In this document: piece by piece, positions 1-12,970 of the stretch
Layout: each line of letters opens with the position of its first letter
Position numbering within the stretch: the first letter of the stretch is position 1
Made by a program: the position numbers and the translations under genes
Notes under the pieces: model-generated
The model's input: the letters and a program-made list of their open reading frames with translations, nothing else
Told to the model about the DNA's origin: nothing
Database searches by the model: none
Source of the DNA: Elsinoe ampelina
Lineage: Eukaryota
Direction: 5' to 3'
NCBI GenBank assembly: GCA_010093995.1
Contig: ML992502.1
Location: 635,717-699,716 of the forward strand
Length of the DNA: 64,000 nucleotides

Positions 1-1697
1 TAAGGCTAACTAGATTAGTTATAATTAATAGTATATAGGCTACCTTTATAAGATAGATAGTTATAGGCTTTCCTTTATAAAGAGCTATAATATTAATAGT
101 TCTCTAACTCTTAATACTAAGTAAGGTATTACTATAGAATAGCTTCTTATAAGGTTCTATAATTCTAGTAACCTTATATCTATCCCTTATAGTATAATTA
201 TAGATATAATTAGTTACTCTAGAATCTAGTATCTATAAGTTAGAGATGTTACTAGTAGCTAAAATAAATACTAAGTGTAATTTAATAGTAATAGCTATAT
301 TAGTTAACACTAGTAGAGTTAACCCCTTCTAATGTTATACTTCCTTAGTAATAGAAGCCTTAATTCTCTCTTTAAGAGTTTTATTATTTAGCCTTTATTT
401 AACTTCCTTTATAGTCTACTAGTTTAGTGTCTATCCTTCTAGCCTTAGATACTTATTTAAGTAATAGTACTTAATCTACTTATGCCGGCCTTAGTATATA
501 TATTTAGGCTCTCTAGGGAGACTAGGTTTCTTATAAAGAACATTCTTAGTAGCTATAGGGAAGGCTATAGCTCCCTTACTAGCCTTTATAGTGCTATATA
601 GCTTATAGAGTTTATAAAACTGTCTAAACTTAGTAATTGATTAAAGTATAGTTAGTAGAGTTAGTAAATCTAGATTAGTAAGGTACTTATTAGTAAATAC
701 TAGTTTAGCCTTTAAGATAGAGAGTAAGAAGTCTCTCTATAGCCTTAAGCCTTAAGCTTCTAGTAGATTATAGTTCCTAGCCTTATCTATAACCTCTTTC
801 TATTACTAAAGCTAATAGTCTATATTCTATAAGGAAGAGCTAGATAGCTACTTCCTCTAGAGTGCTTTAACCTTAAGCTAAATAGCTATATTAGATAGAG
901 CAAATCTGTTCTTTAATGCCCTAAGGATAGCCTATAGATAAGGATCCCCTTCTAGTTAGATAATAGTAAGAACTTATAGTGTAATTAATAACTAAATAAG
1001 GCTAGCTAAATTAGCTAAGGCCTTATACTATTTGTTATATTATACTTATTCCTCCTTATATATCTAGAAGAGTGCTAAGAAGTTAGTATTTGCTACCTCT
1101 AGCCTTTAAGGCTTAGGGAGCCCTTCTAGCTTACTAGCCTTCTAGGAATTAATAAGGTCTTATATCTTAGTATTTAACGCTCTTATCTTAATAATATATA
1201 GCTAGCTAGCCTATTTAGCTAATATAGCAAGAATAATAGGTGTTCTAGCTATTAAGGTATTAGTATCTATAGTTGTTTATCCCTTTGTTAATATCTAAAT
1301 CTTATAGTTATAGTTAAGGTAGTTCTTAATAGATTCTAATATTTAAAAAGCGAGATAGTAGAGAATTAACTAATAAATAGAGTAGGAAAGCAACTAAGTA
1401 ATATGCTTATATAGGGGTAGTTATACCGGGCTTATAACTATTAACTTATATAGGGGAGGAAAAAGGATTAATTACTACCTAAACTACTAAAATAAGGTAG
1501 ATTATAACTATATAAATACTTAACCTAGTGTACTAAAAGATAGCTAAATCAAAAGAACTCCTTAATAGTAGCAGATTAAGACAATAATTATCTAATTTGA
1601 TCATGGATTAGTGAAATAGTAAGATAGTGTTCAGTTTAACCTTGGGATGAACTGAATCAGGGTCTTCTTGGCGCTCCAGCTTATGCCTCGGTTGACA
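1..1697 (-). mobile_element. RIP-degraded Ty1/copia LTR retrotransposon, 5' part (LTR, PBS, gag, protease); continues beyond the window start
   Basis: The minus strand reads LTR, then PBS-like GTTATAAGCCC (1428-1438; RIP form of the fungal copia GGTTATGAGCCC). A Cys/His knuckle remnant lies near 430-500. Near 200-240, TAG ATA CTA GAT TCT AGA GTA ACT AAT TAT ATC TAT de-RIPs to the WILDSGATxHIC protease motif. Strong TpA excess, no ORFs. Confidence 0.85.
1439..1697 (-). repeat. Copia 5' LTR, 259 bp
   Basis: Minus strand begins TGTCAA and ends TTAATA (RIP form of TTGACA) directly before the PBS; 1479-1697 matches 57526-57744 in inverted orientation. Confidence 0.85.
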
Positions 1698-1859
1698 GAC
1701 TGTTGCAGGATGATCAAATTGGTATCAGCGTCAATATCCATCCTTACATTGCCGAAACCACAGGATGGCGATGAAGGTCGGTCTCTCGATTTTGGCTTCC
1801 TTCCACTCTCAGATTTGCAGTAGGAGGAGGAATCAGGTCAGGACTCTCAGCTCCTACAT

Positions 1860-2933
1860 CTACTGACCCGTTTTCGCCAGCCAATCCCGGAACCTCCCGA
1901 CGACTTGATGACATTCCTCTCTTTTGGCCATTCTCACTCCAGCCAGATTCTCCAATAAGACGACATTTTGTCTGGCTCGTGCAAGATCTTCTTCAAGCCG
2001 CTTCACCTCCGCCCGAGCTAGTGCAACATCGACATTCCCAAAAGTTTCCCCGGAAATTTCCATGCCAGTCATGGCAAATGCGAGCTCTGCTTCGACATCC
2101 CGAGCGTGTCGAAATTGCCGTTCTTCTTCTGCGAGACTCCAATATTCGCAGATCTCGCCCACGCTAGTATCGGGGTGCATTCTGGATGGAGTGCGAGCGA
2201 TTGTGCAGAAGCTTCCGAGTGCTTCTGGTGCCAGTCGATCCAGATCCCCCAGGTCGTGCCAGACATAGATCCCAAACACGTACATGACCTTTCTGAATGC
2301 GGTGAGGTGTACTCTGGTACATCTTGTAGCAGCCTCGGTCATGCAGATCTTGCACGCCGCCATAGCTGTAGGAGGCGCGCAGGTCAATTCAGTGAGATCC
2401 ACAGGTCTGTCTCTCTCCAGTCTTGTTCTCACCGCAGCGCCTGCGTTGCTTTGAGAGGGCAATCTTACGGGACCCAAGATACTGGGCTTGATGTGTGCAT
2501 AGTGATCTTGAACACTATGTTGGCATGGATCTCGCAGCTCGTGGCCATTTCGCTGCACAAGGAATTCAGCCTCTTTCAATTCATCATAGGATTCCGCCCA
2601 AAAAAATGCTTGTGTATGCAAGAGCAGTCGGTTGCGATGTCTCAATGCTCTCGTCGAGACAAACCCCTTTTGCGATTCGTTGTGATTGTCAAAGATCTGT
2701 CGTGTCGAGTGGAGTCGTCGCAGATCCTCGCGTCGGAATTGGTCAAAATCAGCATCGCAAAGCTGACCGATGTCTTTGTCGAAGAAGTACTTTGGTCGAG
2801 GACGAGTGTCTCGATCCCTCGCTTTGATAGTACGTTGACATCCAGCAAGCGACTGTTGGGGGGGTGCAACAAGTTCATCTCCATCGCGATTGCTGACCCT
2901 ATTGTACGGAGGTGGTGTATCCATTTCGGTCAT
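1860..2933 (-). CDS. Hypothetical protein, 357 aa, with CxxC motif and C-terminal coiled coil
   Basis: Uninterrupted ATG-initiated ORF with normal composition; ACKICMTE...VWHDLG segment; no family confidently recognised. Confidence 0.6.
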   Translation of the reverse strand: MTEMDTPPPYNRVSNRDGDELVAPPQQSLAGCQRTIKARDRDTRPRPKYFFDKDIGQLCDADFDQFRREDLRRLHSTRQIFDNHNESQKGFVSTRALRHRNRLLLHTQAFFWAESYDELKEAEFLVQRNGHELRDPCQHSVQDHYAHIKPSILGPVRLPSQSNAGAAVRTRLERDRPVDLTELTCAPPTAMAACKICMTEAATRCTRVHLTAFRKVMYVFGIYVWHDLGDLDRLAPEALGSFCTIARTPSRMHPDTSVGEICEYWSLAEEERQFRHARDVEAELAFAMTGMEISGETFGNVDVALARAEVKRLEEDLARARQNVVLLENLAGVRMAKREECHQVVGRFRDWLAKTGQ

Positions 2934-3324
2934 TCTTGCAAATGTGTATGGAGCGTGAGTGAAGAAGGATGGGCGTGAGTTCTAATAGAATTCTGGCCTC
3001 TATAGATAGGCAGTACTCGTGTCTGATAGTGATACTCATATGCGTATGGAGTGTATTGATCATGATAGTACAATTTTCCACCGAACGTGAACTATATTGA
3101 TCACACTCGCACTTCCCGTCTAATGTATAAAGTCTGCCAGCGAACAACGCCAGGGGGTCTTGGCACCATCCACGTGATACTACAGTGGGTCGAAGAAGAA
3201 AGCCTTGTCGCAAAATGATCAAATTGGTATTCAGTATGCTAGCAGAACGATCGAATCTGTACTCCCGCGCTATGTGCCAAAAAGGTTATGATCCAGAGCC
3301 CATGTTTTACTCCAAGCTTTACAT

Positions 3325-6300
3325 TTACAACTCCGTCCTGTACGCAAACCCGCTCGTCGTATGTCCAACAGTCTTGAACGACTCCATCTTGTTGCCGATA
3401 GCGAGCGTGTCGAAACGATTGATGCCCAGTATCTACGAACCATTAGCTTAAATCGCATACAATTGTATGAGTGGACACTTACATCTTCGTCGTTATAGCC
3501 GGTGAACCAAAACCCAACGATGACAACCAAGTAGCTCAAGACCAGCATGCTTCCTTTGAAGTAATTACTTTTGCCCTCTCCGACAACGTAGTTCATCAGG
3601 AAAAGACCCAAGATGACAGTGACCATATCCCATTGTGGGAAGATGAGGCTGAAGCTATGCATGGCGGCTTCTGCTTCTGTCCAGGTGCCTCGGAAGCCTT
3701 CGATCGCGGTGAACAGGACAAGCGCAGGCACTTGGAGAAGCATGACCTGCAATGCATAGGCTGATCCAATCTCCATGGAGAGAGCGATGTTGCCGTTCAT
3801 TGCGAATGAAATGGCGTTCAGGAATTCGGTTGTGTTCGGGACAAGTGCGAAGAGTGTGATGCCGACAAATTTCTCATCAATGTCGACATTGTCGAGTACG
3901 GAATCCACAGTGTCGACCAGAATCTCAGCAATGACGGCGTACGCTACAGTCGCCGTGAGCAGGATGATGATGGATTTCGAGCGGGACCAGTTCGGGGCGT
4001 CATGCCCGCCAGCAGCATGGTCGTCGCCGGCAAGGTGCACACCCTGATCCTCCGCTGAAACTACAGGGTGAGTGGTGGCGGTGCCGGGGATCGAGGGCGG
4101 TTGACTGTCACCCTTGAAGTTGACATGGGACGATAGCTTTCGCTCCCGATGTGGGCGTGTAACATCCCTTGCAGCGACGGTCGCCGCAGTGGCAGCCATT
4201 TCAGCGACTTGCCTTACCAGATTGTTGTTATCCTCTGTTGACAGACCGGGAATGCGGACGCTACTGGATCGTTGTTTATCCGGTGAGGCTGGATCTTCAG
4301 GTGGAACGAGAAATGGGGTTCGAGGAGTAGCGGGGCTCGTCTCACCAGAGAGTAAGTCCTTCTTCGGGCCTTTTCCGGAGTCCGCAATGCCAGCAGAACG
4401 TAAAGACTGACCGAGAATGCGTTTGTAGAGCTGAGAATCCTTGATGTTGTCTCTTGGGCTGACTGAAGTGGAAGTCGTCTGTCGGACCATGGTGCTGTGT
4501 GGATCGAATGGTCCAGCAATTTGAGGCTGCCCATTCAGTGTAGCAACGCTGTGACTCATCTTCTCCTTCTTCTCTTCCGGTTCGTTGTTCCAGATGATCG
4601 ATGCATGGGTCCTGAGGGTGAAGATCAGACCGATCACGTATGACAGAAACAAAAGAGAGGCCGAGAACCAGATGTATGGTCGGACGGCTGTGAGGAAGAA
4701 TCGATCATTCAAATCCGGGCTTTGATTGAAATAGCAGCGTCGACAGTCCCGGTCAGAACCAAGAGTATCACTGTCGCTGCAAAGGTGACAGTTCAACTCG
4801 TGGCTACCATAGATCTGGTAGAATAATGTTGGCCCAAATGATCCAATCAAAGCGAACATCAACATGGTAGAGGTCGCGCTAGCAGATTTGACGTTGAACC
4901 GCTGAGTCTTCCGGCGGATTGCACCAAAGCACATCGACAGGCCAGGTAACAGAAGAATACCGGCGAAGATACTGCCAATGATGCTGCCCTCCACCAGTTG
5001 CGCCTTACCCTGTCGCAATGCTACGCAATATAGAAAGACTTCAATGACAGTGGAGAAGAAAGCATTGACAGTAGCACCAACGCCCATGGTACTTTGAGCA
5101 GAGATGGATGCTACAGCCTGTCCGATGAAGTATGCCAGAGGAATGATGGAAAGCATTGCCAAGACGAAGATGAATCCTGATGAAGTGACGGCGCCGTGCA
5201 TGTGCAAAGTTTCGTGAAGGACATAGAAATCGAAGATCGTGAAGGCGACCAAGGCAAGCAAATTGATGAGAAAGATGTTGGTACCATCCACGGTGTACTT
5301 CCAGTATTTGATACCACCAGCTCGGTAGGTGCAGAGGAGGATGCTAGACGACTGCGTATCGGGCTGTCTTGAGTATGTGCTATCCGAGTGGAATGACAAT
5401 GCCAGTGGATGTCGTCGAAGATGGTAGAGAAGAAGTCCAACGACCCTGCCCATTGGAATGGGAAATACCAAGAACCAGCAGAGAGCTGAGACCAGCAGGT
5501 ACAGTGGGGTCAAGAAGACGTAGAAGAATGTAAAGTAGACAACACGACCGGGATTCCAAGCTCCTCGGCCGAATGGTCGCTTCTTCGTCTTGTTGTTTTT
5601 CCCACTGCCAGAAGAGCCAACACGACTCGGTCTACCCAGAAGCGCGTCGTTCTCACCCATGGAGTCCATGGAGTCCCTTCTTTGACCGACTAGACCACGA
5701 CTTGGGCCAAAGAACAGGCGACCTTCCTCGAGATCACCTGTCTGCCATCTTTCGTACTCCGAGATGCTGCGGCCCTCGCCTTCGTCTTCATCAAGGTAAG
5801 CTTCGTCGTGTTCGAGCCTGACGAATTTGCCGAAAGGATAGAAGATGTAGCCGGCAAGCTTGAGCAGCACAAAACCGTAGGCAGTTCCGCCAGCAAGGAA
5901 TCCAAGGACTATGCAGAGTATTCCACCGACAAATGCGATCAGAGCTAGCCACCAGCCGAACACCAGTGTCCATAGGACATTGAAGATGGACAGCCAGCGA
6001 CTGACATTTCCACCAGGACTGGAATGAATATCTCCTTCGGCGTTTGCTTGTACTGATCTGTCTTTCTTGTACAAGGCGGGTTTCCAGATTCTTATACCGA
6101 ATGGATGTGTTTCGTTGATGGCTTCTTGACGATCCTTGAGAGTGAAGTCTTCCAGGTCAGAGCCATCTGCGTCTTCATCATCTGGTGTTACTGGTTCCTC
6201 GGAATCATCTTCAGCTCGTATAGTGTCCTCGGAGTCGTCAGAGGTTGGATGTCCCGCAATAGTCGCTCGTCGTCCAGCTTCCACCGGCTCGTCTTCATCT

Positions 6301-6792
6301 TCTCTCTCGTCCGATTCCACTCTTGCGAGAAGAGGCGGCGCGGCCGATTTGCGACGAATGGTCGAAGCTTGTCGGCGTAACTCTCGAGACTGTGTCTTTG
6401 CTAGCCTTGCATCCAAGTCGACCTCCTCTTGAGAGTCATCGACTGAGAACCCCTTGGCCTTTGTGGAAGCTCTTGAAGAAGACGCCTGTCTCAATGTCGC
6501 TGGTCGTTTGGGTGTACGGGTAGTTCCTTGACCTGAAGTTTGGGACCTGGCTGGCGTGGAGGAGATGGAGCCTGTAAACAAAAGTTAGCAACCTCCTGGA
6601 AAGGTACGAGAGTGGTGACTGACCATAATTGCGCGGCGCGTCCGAGGATCGTGTTCGTATACTTTCATACTGGATACCATCTGCGTTCGACTGAGAATCT
6701 TGGCTGGTATCTCTCGGAGATGTTATCTCGGAGCTCGTTCCGGACGCCTGCGACTGTGTTGTCACAGCTCTGTCGGCTGAATTATCCGTCAT
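3325..6792 (-). CDS. VNX1: Vacuolar cation/H+ exchanger (CaCA family, Vnx1-like); introns 6572-6623 and 3433-3482
   Basis: PFGIRIWKPALYKK, FNVLWTLVFGWWLA (YccF-like) and exchanger repeats GATVNAFFSTVIE / LVPNTTEFLNAISFA. GT-AG introns with CTAAC/CTAAT branch sites restore the frame; stop TAA at 3325-3327. Confidence 0.9.
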
Positions 6793-7375
6793 GTTGGCAA
6801 GCAGGCGCGCAAGTAGCGCTGAAATCCTGGGGGCACAAATACATCCAGTATCGCGAGGATATATGAGGTGCTTTGGAGTGAGACGGTGAGAGGAAGATCA
6901 GTCTTCACGTGTCAGGTGGTCTGCTGTTGATCGCCCACGAAAAGCGGAAGACGGCTTGGGAACCACTTATTATATTTGGGTGGATAATCAGCTGTTGATG
7001 ACGGGACTTGCGAGTAATTATTTTTTGATGGACAGTATTCCGTTGCAAGTTTGAGGCTGCGACCTGATCTGATCTTTTGCCCTATTTGAAGAGTGTTCTC
7101 CTGTCTTCCTCCACTAGGGAGGCTGAACGGGAACTTGCTCTTTAGGGGTTCACAATCCGAGCATCAGAGTGCCAAGACAAATGACCAAAGCTGTCTGGAG
7201 CTGCGATTCTAAGAGCTTCTCATCACCGCCATCACAAATTAATCATCCTCTCTGAACGCACCTTCACCTGAACAGCGCACGACCATCTCATCATCTTACC
7301 TTCCTCAGAACATTACACAGTCGCCTCCCCAAAACCGAGCCAACTGCGAGCGTCTCCGACGCGCCCGGAGCCATC

Positions 7376-8600
7376 ATGGCTCTAGACAAGTTCTTCCATG
7401 ACAAGATTGAGAGCATGAAGCTCGAAATCATCCAGCGACAAGCAGTACTCCGTCGGCTGGAAGCACAACGAAATGACTACAATTCAAGAGTCCGTCTGCT
7501 CAGGGAGGAGCTGGGTCTGCTGCAACAACCGGGATCATACGTTGGGGAAGTCGTCAAGGTAATGGGGACGAAGAAGGTCCTGGTGAAGGTACATCCGGAA
7601 GGCAAATACGGTATGTTCCCCATGCGTGAGACTCTGTATAGGTGACAGGGCTGACTAGATGGTAGTTGTGGACGTCGCGGACAACATCGACATTGCGAAA
7701 CTCACGGCCGGCAAGCGCGTAACTCTCCTCTCCGACTCATACAAGCTTTCATCATTACTACCGTCCTCGGTCGATCCTCTCGTGTCTCTCATGATGGTTG
7801 AGAAGGTTCCGGACAGCACATACGATATGATCGGTGGTCTTGACGAGCAGATTAAGCAGATCAAGGAGGTCATCGAGCTGGGTCTTAAGCATCCCGAACT
7901 ATTCGAGTCGTTAGGTATCGCGCAGCCGAAGGGTGTCTTGCTCTACGGTCCACCAGGAACTGGCAAAACCTTGCTGGCAAGAGCGGTGGCACATCACACA
8001 GACTGCAAGTTCATCAGAGTCTCCGGGTCAGAATTGGTGCAAAAGTACATTGGAGAGGGGTCACGCATGGTGCGCGAGCTGTTCGTCATGGCAAGAGAGC
8101 ATGCCCCGAGTATCATCTTCATGGACGAGATCGACAGTATCGGATCATCACGTGTGGAAGGGTCAAGTGGAGGAGACAGCGAGGTACAGAGGACCATGTT
8201 GGAGCTGCTGAATCAGCTGGACGGATTCGAGCCAACAAAGAACATCAAGATTATCATGGCTACCAACCGTCTGGACATCCTGGATCCTGCTCTCCTAAGA
8301 CCAGGGCGTATCGACAGAAAGATTGAGTTCCCTCCCCCAACAGTCGAAGCACGAGCCGATATCTTGAGAATTCACAGCAGGTCAATGAACCTCACTCGCG
8401 GTATCAACCTCACCAAAATCGCCGAGAAGATGAACGGATGTTCAGGAGCCGAGCTCAAGGGTGTGTGCACCGAGGCTGGCATGTTCGCGCTGCGCGAGAG
8501 GAGAGTGCACGTCACGCAAGAGGATTTCGATCTGGCTACGGCCAAGGTGCTGAACAGGCATGATGATAAGCAGACTTCTGTCCAGAAGCTATTCAAGTAG
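7376..8600 (+). CDS. RPT6: 26S proteasome AAA-ATPase subunit Rpt6; intron 7611-7665
   Basis: [25 protein letters not shown], Walker A GPPGTGKT, Walker [23 protein letters not shown]. Confidence 0.97.
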
Positions 8601-9705
8601 AAGCATGGAATGACAAATATCACATGAGATCGCGTAGGTCAACGGATGTTGATCGCGACATTCATGGTGACCCATGTTTACCTGATCTCAGCTGTACCTG
8701 TGGTCGTACAGCACTCACAAATCGTTATGCAGATGGGAATCTGAGAGTAATGCATATGGCCCTATCTCGCAGCACTTACCGCTCAGAGGCTGTAGCGTCA
8801 ACTTATGGGCACTTGCTGGTAGTTTTAATTATGTCCAGTTGTAAAACTACCACAGCTGGCAGTGAAATTGCTAGCATTGTGCTGCGATTGTAGAAGATCC
8901 CCATCACGCTCCACGAATTGAAAAGCATCACACAAAAACGACGCATGCTTTCCGAATGACATGCGCTGCGGCCGTAAAGGACGTTGATGGTCTATAGGTC
9001 GCGCTCGACGGCAGTTCAAAGCCAACCGGTCTGGAACGTTCGATCCCTCTTTCGTCGACACAACCCAAGCATCCAACGCACCACCCAGTGTCGAAACAAC
9101 TCGTCAGGAACACAATGATCCTGATCCTACCACAGTCAATGGGAAGGACGTTGATCTTGTGGCTGTAGGGCCTCTCCATCATCGGGAGCACTACAACCGA
9201 GTAACACGGTCCTACCGAGAGGAACTAGGGAGTCGTCGTCCACAAAGTTTAAAGCGACAATCGCTAGCGCATGTGGATTTCTGGTTTCAACAGCACGACA
9301 ACAAGGAACCGGTTTTGGCGTGCGGACCCTGCAGTCGTCTCTTCTCCACCTACAGATCCTACGCCCACGCTCTGGGCGAGATCTGAGATACTGTAGTGTA
9401 GTCGACGCGACTCGACTCATTCTTGGTGTGGCCGTGACTGGATAATTACGGTGTCTGCACACGCCGTGGTAATTCAGAAGCAAACATCCCCGCCAGATAT
9501 TCGACAGCTTCTGGTCCAGACTTGCCTATCCGCCCGGCTTTGAACCGGCTCAAAGGCTTTGTGTCGACGTCATTTCCCAAGTTGCGCCACTGCCGTTTTC
9601 TGGAGTGGGAGATCCTTTCATCACAACTCCGCCGTTCATGCATAGAAGCTAGCAAAACTGCGTCTCTTCGAGCGAATTTAGCCATCGGCTTGGGTCTCTG
9701 ACGCC

Positions 9706-12495
9706 ATGTCGGTCACCACCGCGACATCCCCTCTCAATCATCCCCCCTCACGTTCGCGCAACTCGACGACACCAGGTATCAGGCAAGGCATGCCTGGCTC
9801 AGTTGGTCAAGCCATGCCTCCGTTGATGACACCCATACCACGACTGAACAGACAGACGTCGTCCTCGAAAGTACGATCACCAAGTCCAAATTACTTTGGT
9901 TTCCAAGCCAGCGCGAACACCCTCCCCGTCTCGACATACGATGGACGACACTCACGGAGTAATTGGAGTCCGCCTTCATCTACCGTCAGGTCTACAGCTG
10001 CAATTTCTCCCAGCGTAGTACCGCTTGACCAAAACCCTGACTATGCTGCGTTTAGGAGGCAATCCGAGGGGATGGGAAGAGCATTTAGTTTGGCAAACCT
10101 ACACAATTACACCCAAGATATCTCACCAACATCAACAACTATGGAGTACCCGAAGTGGCCTGGTCAAGCAGGAGGTACACCTACAAGGTTAAAGTCAGAC
10201 GCGAAGATCAAGTCGCCCCCACGACCCGGCCCATATGTTCTGGATCCAGATGCTGCCAGCCTGGGTCGATCACCAAAGAGGCACTTGTCTTCAGACTCGA
10301 GCACCTTTCCTACCGAAGCCCGCAAAGCATCTCCAGCAACTCACGGTCCAAGTGAGCCTACTATCATCGGTAACGAAATCACCACATCGCCAGAGGAAGA
10401 GACACACCCTCCACTCTTCGCACTCAATCCGCCGCCATTCTCAATACCTGATAAGCCTCGGGCTGCCACAGTCCCTACTCCTGCCAACGCGGACACTTCC
10501 CTGGTGTCGCCACAGCATGTAGTAACTCTCATGGAAGCACATCCGGAACACTTTCTCATACTGGATCTTCGGGTCTCAACACAATACGCAAAATCGAGAA
10601 TTGTTGGCGCGCTCAACCTATGCATACCTACAACACTCATGAAACGACCCTCATTCACGGTGGAAAAGCTTGCCGAAACATTCAAGAGTAATGATCAAAG
10701 GAGCAAATTCGACAGTTGGAGAAAAAGCAAGTATATTATTGTTTACGACGCCGCGGCTTCACAAATGAAGGACGCTATGATCTGCATCAACACTATCAAG
10801 AAATTCGAGAGCGAGGGCTACACTGGTATAACATACATTATTCGTGGAGGTTTCGCCGAGTTTTCCAAGAAGTTTCCCAAATACGTCGACAAGGGTCTGG
10901 GCCTCGCAAGCAATGGGGCGCCTACTAAGCTCACCCTGCCTGGACAAGAAGAGCCGCTGCCTGTAATTGGAGGTTGTCCCATGCCTGCAACCAAGCAAGC
11001 GGCTAATCCATTCTTCGGCAATATCCGACAAAACATGGATCTCATTGGAGGTGTGGGCCAGATGCCGATCAAGAAGCCTTCGAACGTTTCAAAGTCAACC
11101 ATGCAAGAGCTGCCACCATGGCTCCAGCTTGCATCAGACGATGGCAACAACGGCAAATCTGTGTCGGACAAGTTCCTGCGAATCGAGAAGCGTGAACAAA
11201 AGCGCATGCAAGACGCGCTCTCTGGCGAAGTATCATATGGCACTCCTTCTTCGCAAAGTCCTATCGGAGTCCGGATTGCTGGAATCGAGAAGGGTGCAAA
11301 GAACAGGTACAACAATATCTGGCCATTCGAGCACACACGGGTCAAGCTGGAAGACGTGGAATCCAACGGCTGCGACTATGTCAACGCGAATCACATCAAG
11401 TCATCGCTTTCAAACAAGCGCTACATTGCCACCCAAGGACCTATTCCAGTGACCTTCGCTGATTTCTGGAATGTCGTCTGGCAACAGGATGTTCGCGTGA
11501 TTGTCATGCTTACTGCAGAAAAAGAAGGTAATCAGGTCAAGGCGCACAATTACTGGTCGGACTCAAATTATGGCCCATTCAATCTTTCACTTCTGTCGGA
11601 GCAAAAAGCAACACTTGACCTAGCTAAGATCTCGCGTCATCGCGCACGCTCGTCGAGAAAATCGTCGGAGAGCTATGGTCGAGGATCTACCGAAAGCAAT
11701 CGCAAGGCAAGTCTCGACAAGCCAGGCATTGTCCGTAACGACTCCACAGGTGAAAGCGCCGCCATCATCATACCGAACCACACTCCGTCAGAAAGCGAGC
11801 CCTACGTGGTCGTTCGCCGCTTCACACTCTCTCACTCGAATCAGCCTTTCTCACCTATCAGGGAGATTACTCATCTGCAGTATTCGTCCTGGCCCGACTT
11901 TGGTGCACCTGCCCATCCCGCCCACCTTCTCGGTCTCGTGGAACAAACCGATGCAGTCGTCCGCAGCATCACCCACACCAAACACAACGAGCCCGACCCA
12001 GAAGGTAGCCGACAGGTCCTCGTCCACTGTTCCGCCGGCTGCGGCCGAACAGGCACCTTCTGCACCGTAGACACGGTCATCGACATCATCAAACGGCAGC
12101 GGCAAGAACGCGAGAAACGCCACCGCTCCCACCGCGACGCCTCCCCCATGGACCTCGACACCAAATCCCCCACCAAAGGTCTCGGGTCACCATTCAACCC
12201 CTCCTTCGGATCCCTCAACTCTGCCGTGGAGAAGAGTAATCCTTTCTTCGACTCGGCCGGCTCGAGCACCGCTAAGGGGAAGCAAGAAGTGGAGAAGCAG
12301 ATCGAGAAAGAGGACGAGGCGAGGGAGTGGGATATGAATGGGCAGTGGACGCTTGAGGATGGCACGGATTTGATCGAGAAGACGGTAGAGGACTTTAGGC
12401 ACCAGAGGCTGAGTATGGTGCAGAGTTTGAGGCAGTTTGTGCTTTGTTATGAGAGTGTGTTGGAGTGGTTGGTGGAGGATGCGAAGGAGGAGTGA
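9706..12495 (+). CDS. Protein tyrosine phosphatase with rhodanese-like domain (Pyp1/Ptp2/Ptp3 type)
   Basis: KNRYNNI, DYVNAN, YIATQGP, WPDFG, catalytic VHCSAGCGRTG, Q-loop MVQSLRQFVLCY; rhodanese segment LILDLR...GALNLCIP. Confidence 0.93.
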   Translation: MSVTTATSPLNHPPSRSRNSTTPGIRQGMPGSVGQAMPPLMTPIPRLNRQTSSSKVRSPSPNYFGFQASANTLPVSTYDGRHSRSNWSPPSSTVRSTAAISPSVVPLDQNPDYAAFRRQSEGMGRAFSLANLHNYTQDISPTSTTMEYPKWPGQAGGTPTRLKSDAKIKSPPRPGPYVLDPDAASLGRSPKRHLSSDSSTFPTEARKASPATHGPSEPTIIGNEITTSPEEETHPPLFALNPPPFSIPDKPRAATVPTPANADTSLVSPQHVVTLMEAHPEHFLILDLRVSTQYAKSRIVGALNLCIPTTLMKRPSFTVEKLAETFKSNDQRSKFDSWRKSKYIIVYDAAASQMKDAMICINTIKKFESEGYTGITYIIRGGFAEFSKKFPKYVDKGLGLASNGAPTKLTLPGQEEPLPVIGGCPMPATKQAANPFFGNIRQNMDLIGGVGQMPIKKPSNVSKSTMQELPPWLQLASDDGNNGKSVSDKFLRIEKREQKRMQDALSGEVSYGTPSSQSPIGVRIAGIEKGAKNRYNNIWPFEHTRVKLEDVESNGCDYVNANHIKSSLSNKRYIATQGPIPVTFADFWNVVWQQDVRVIVMLTAEKEGNQVKAHNYWSDSNYGPFNLSLLSEQKATLDLAKISRHRARSSRKSSESYGRGSTESNRKASLDKPGIVRNDSTGESAAIIIPNHTPSESEPYVVVRRFTLSHSNQPFSPIREITHLQYSSWPDFGAPAHPAHLLGLVEQTDAVVRSITHTKHNEPDPEGSRQVLVHCSAGCGRTGTFCTVDTVIDIIKRQRQEREKRHRSHRDASPMDLDTKSPTKGLGSPFNPSFGSLNSAVEKSNPFFDSAGSSTAKGKQEVEKQIEKEDEAREWDMNGQWTLEDGTDLIEKTVEDFRHQRLSMVQSLRQFVLCYESVLEWLVEDAKEE

Positions 12496-12970
12496 TTTAT
12501 TCATTCATGGGCTGAAAGGCGTTATGGGGTTTGATCGGGCAAGGAGGGGGTGAAGCATTCTTGTGGTTGGCATGGAAAGTAACATGAGATGAGACAGATG
12601 ATTGGGCTGGCGTATTCATTGGGTTTTCGGGCATGAGATCGGTTTGCATGGGTAGAGAAACGGGATGCTCTTCAACGACGTCTCTGCTTGGGTGTGGGTT
12701 AGCATAGCTGTGAAATGGAACTTTTTCTATCACAATTACTTTTAGATATTGTGATTGCTTCACTGACTGGACTGCGTTATAGAGCTTCGTGATTGCGTTT
12801 CTCATGCGAGCTATCTGGTTATGCTAGCCGCTTTTTCTGCGCATCCTTCGACGCAGCCGTGACTCCTCGCTATGCATGTAGATGTGATATCTGCTCAAAA
12901 GAAAACCTCAACCTTATATGTTCCATCCCCAGTCCATCGAAGTGCATTAACCCCCAACTGCTCCTCCCCT

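Noticed and set aside
3270..6581. ORF-track boundaries for the exchanger
   Set aside because: Both ends run into introns; the spliced model 3325-6792 fits better.
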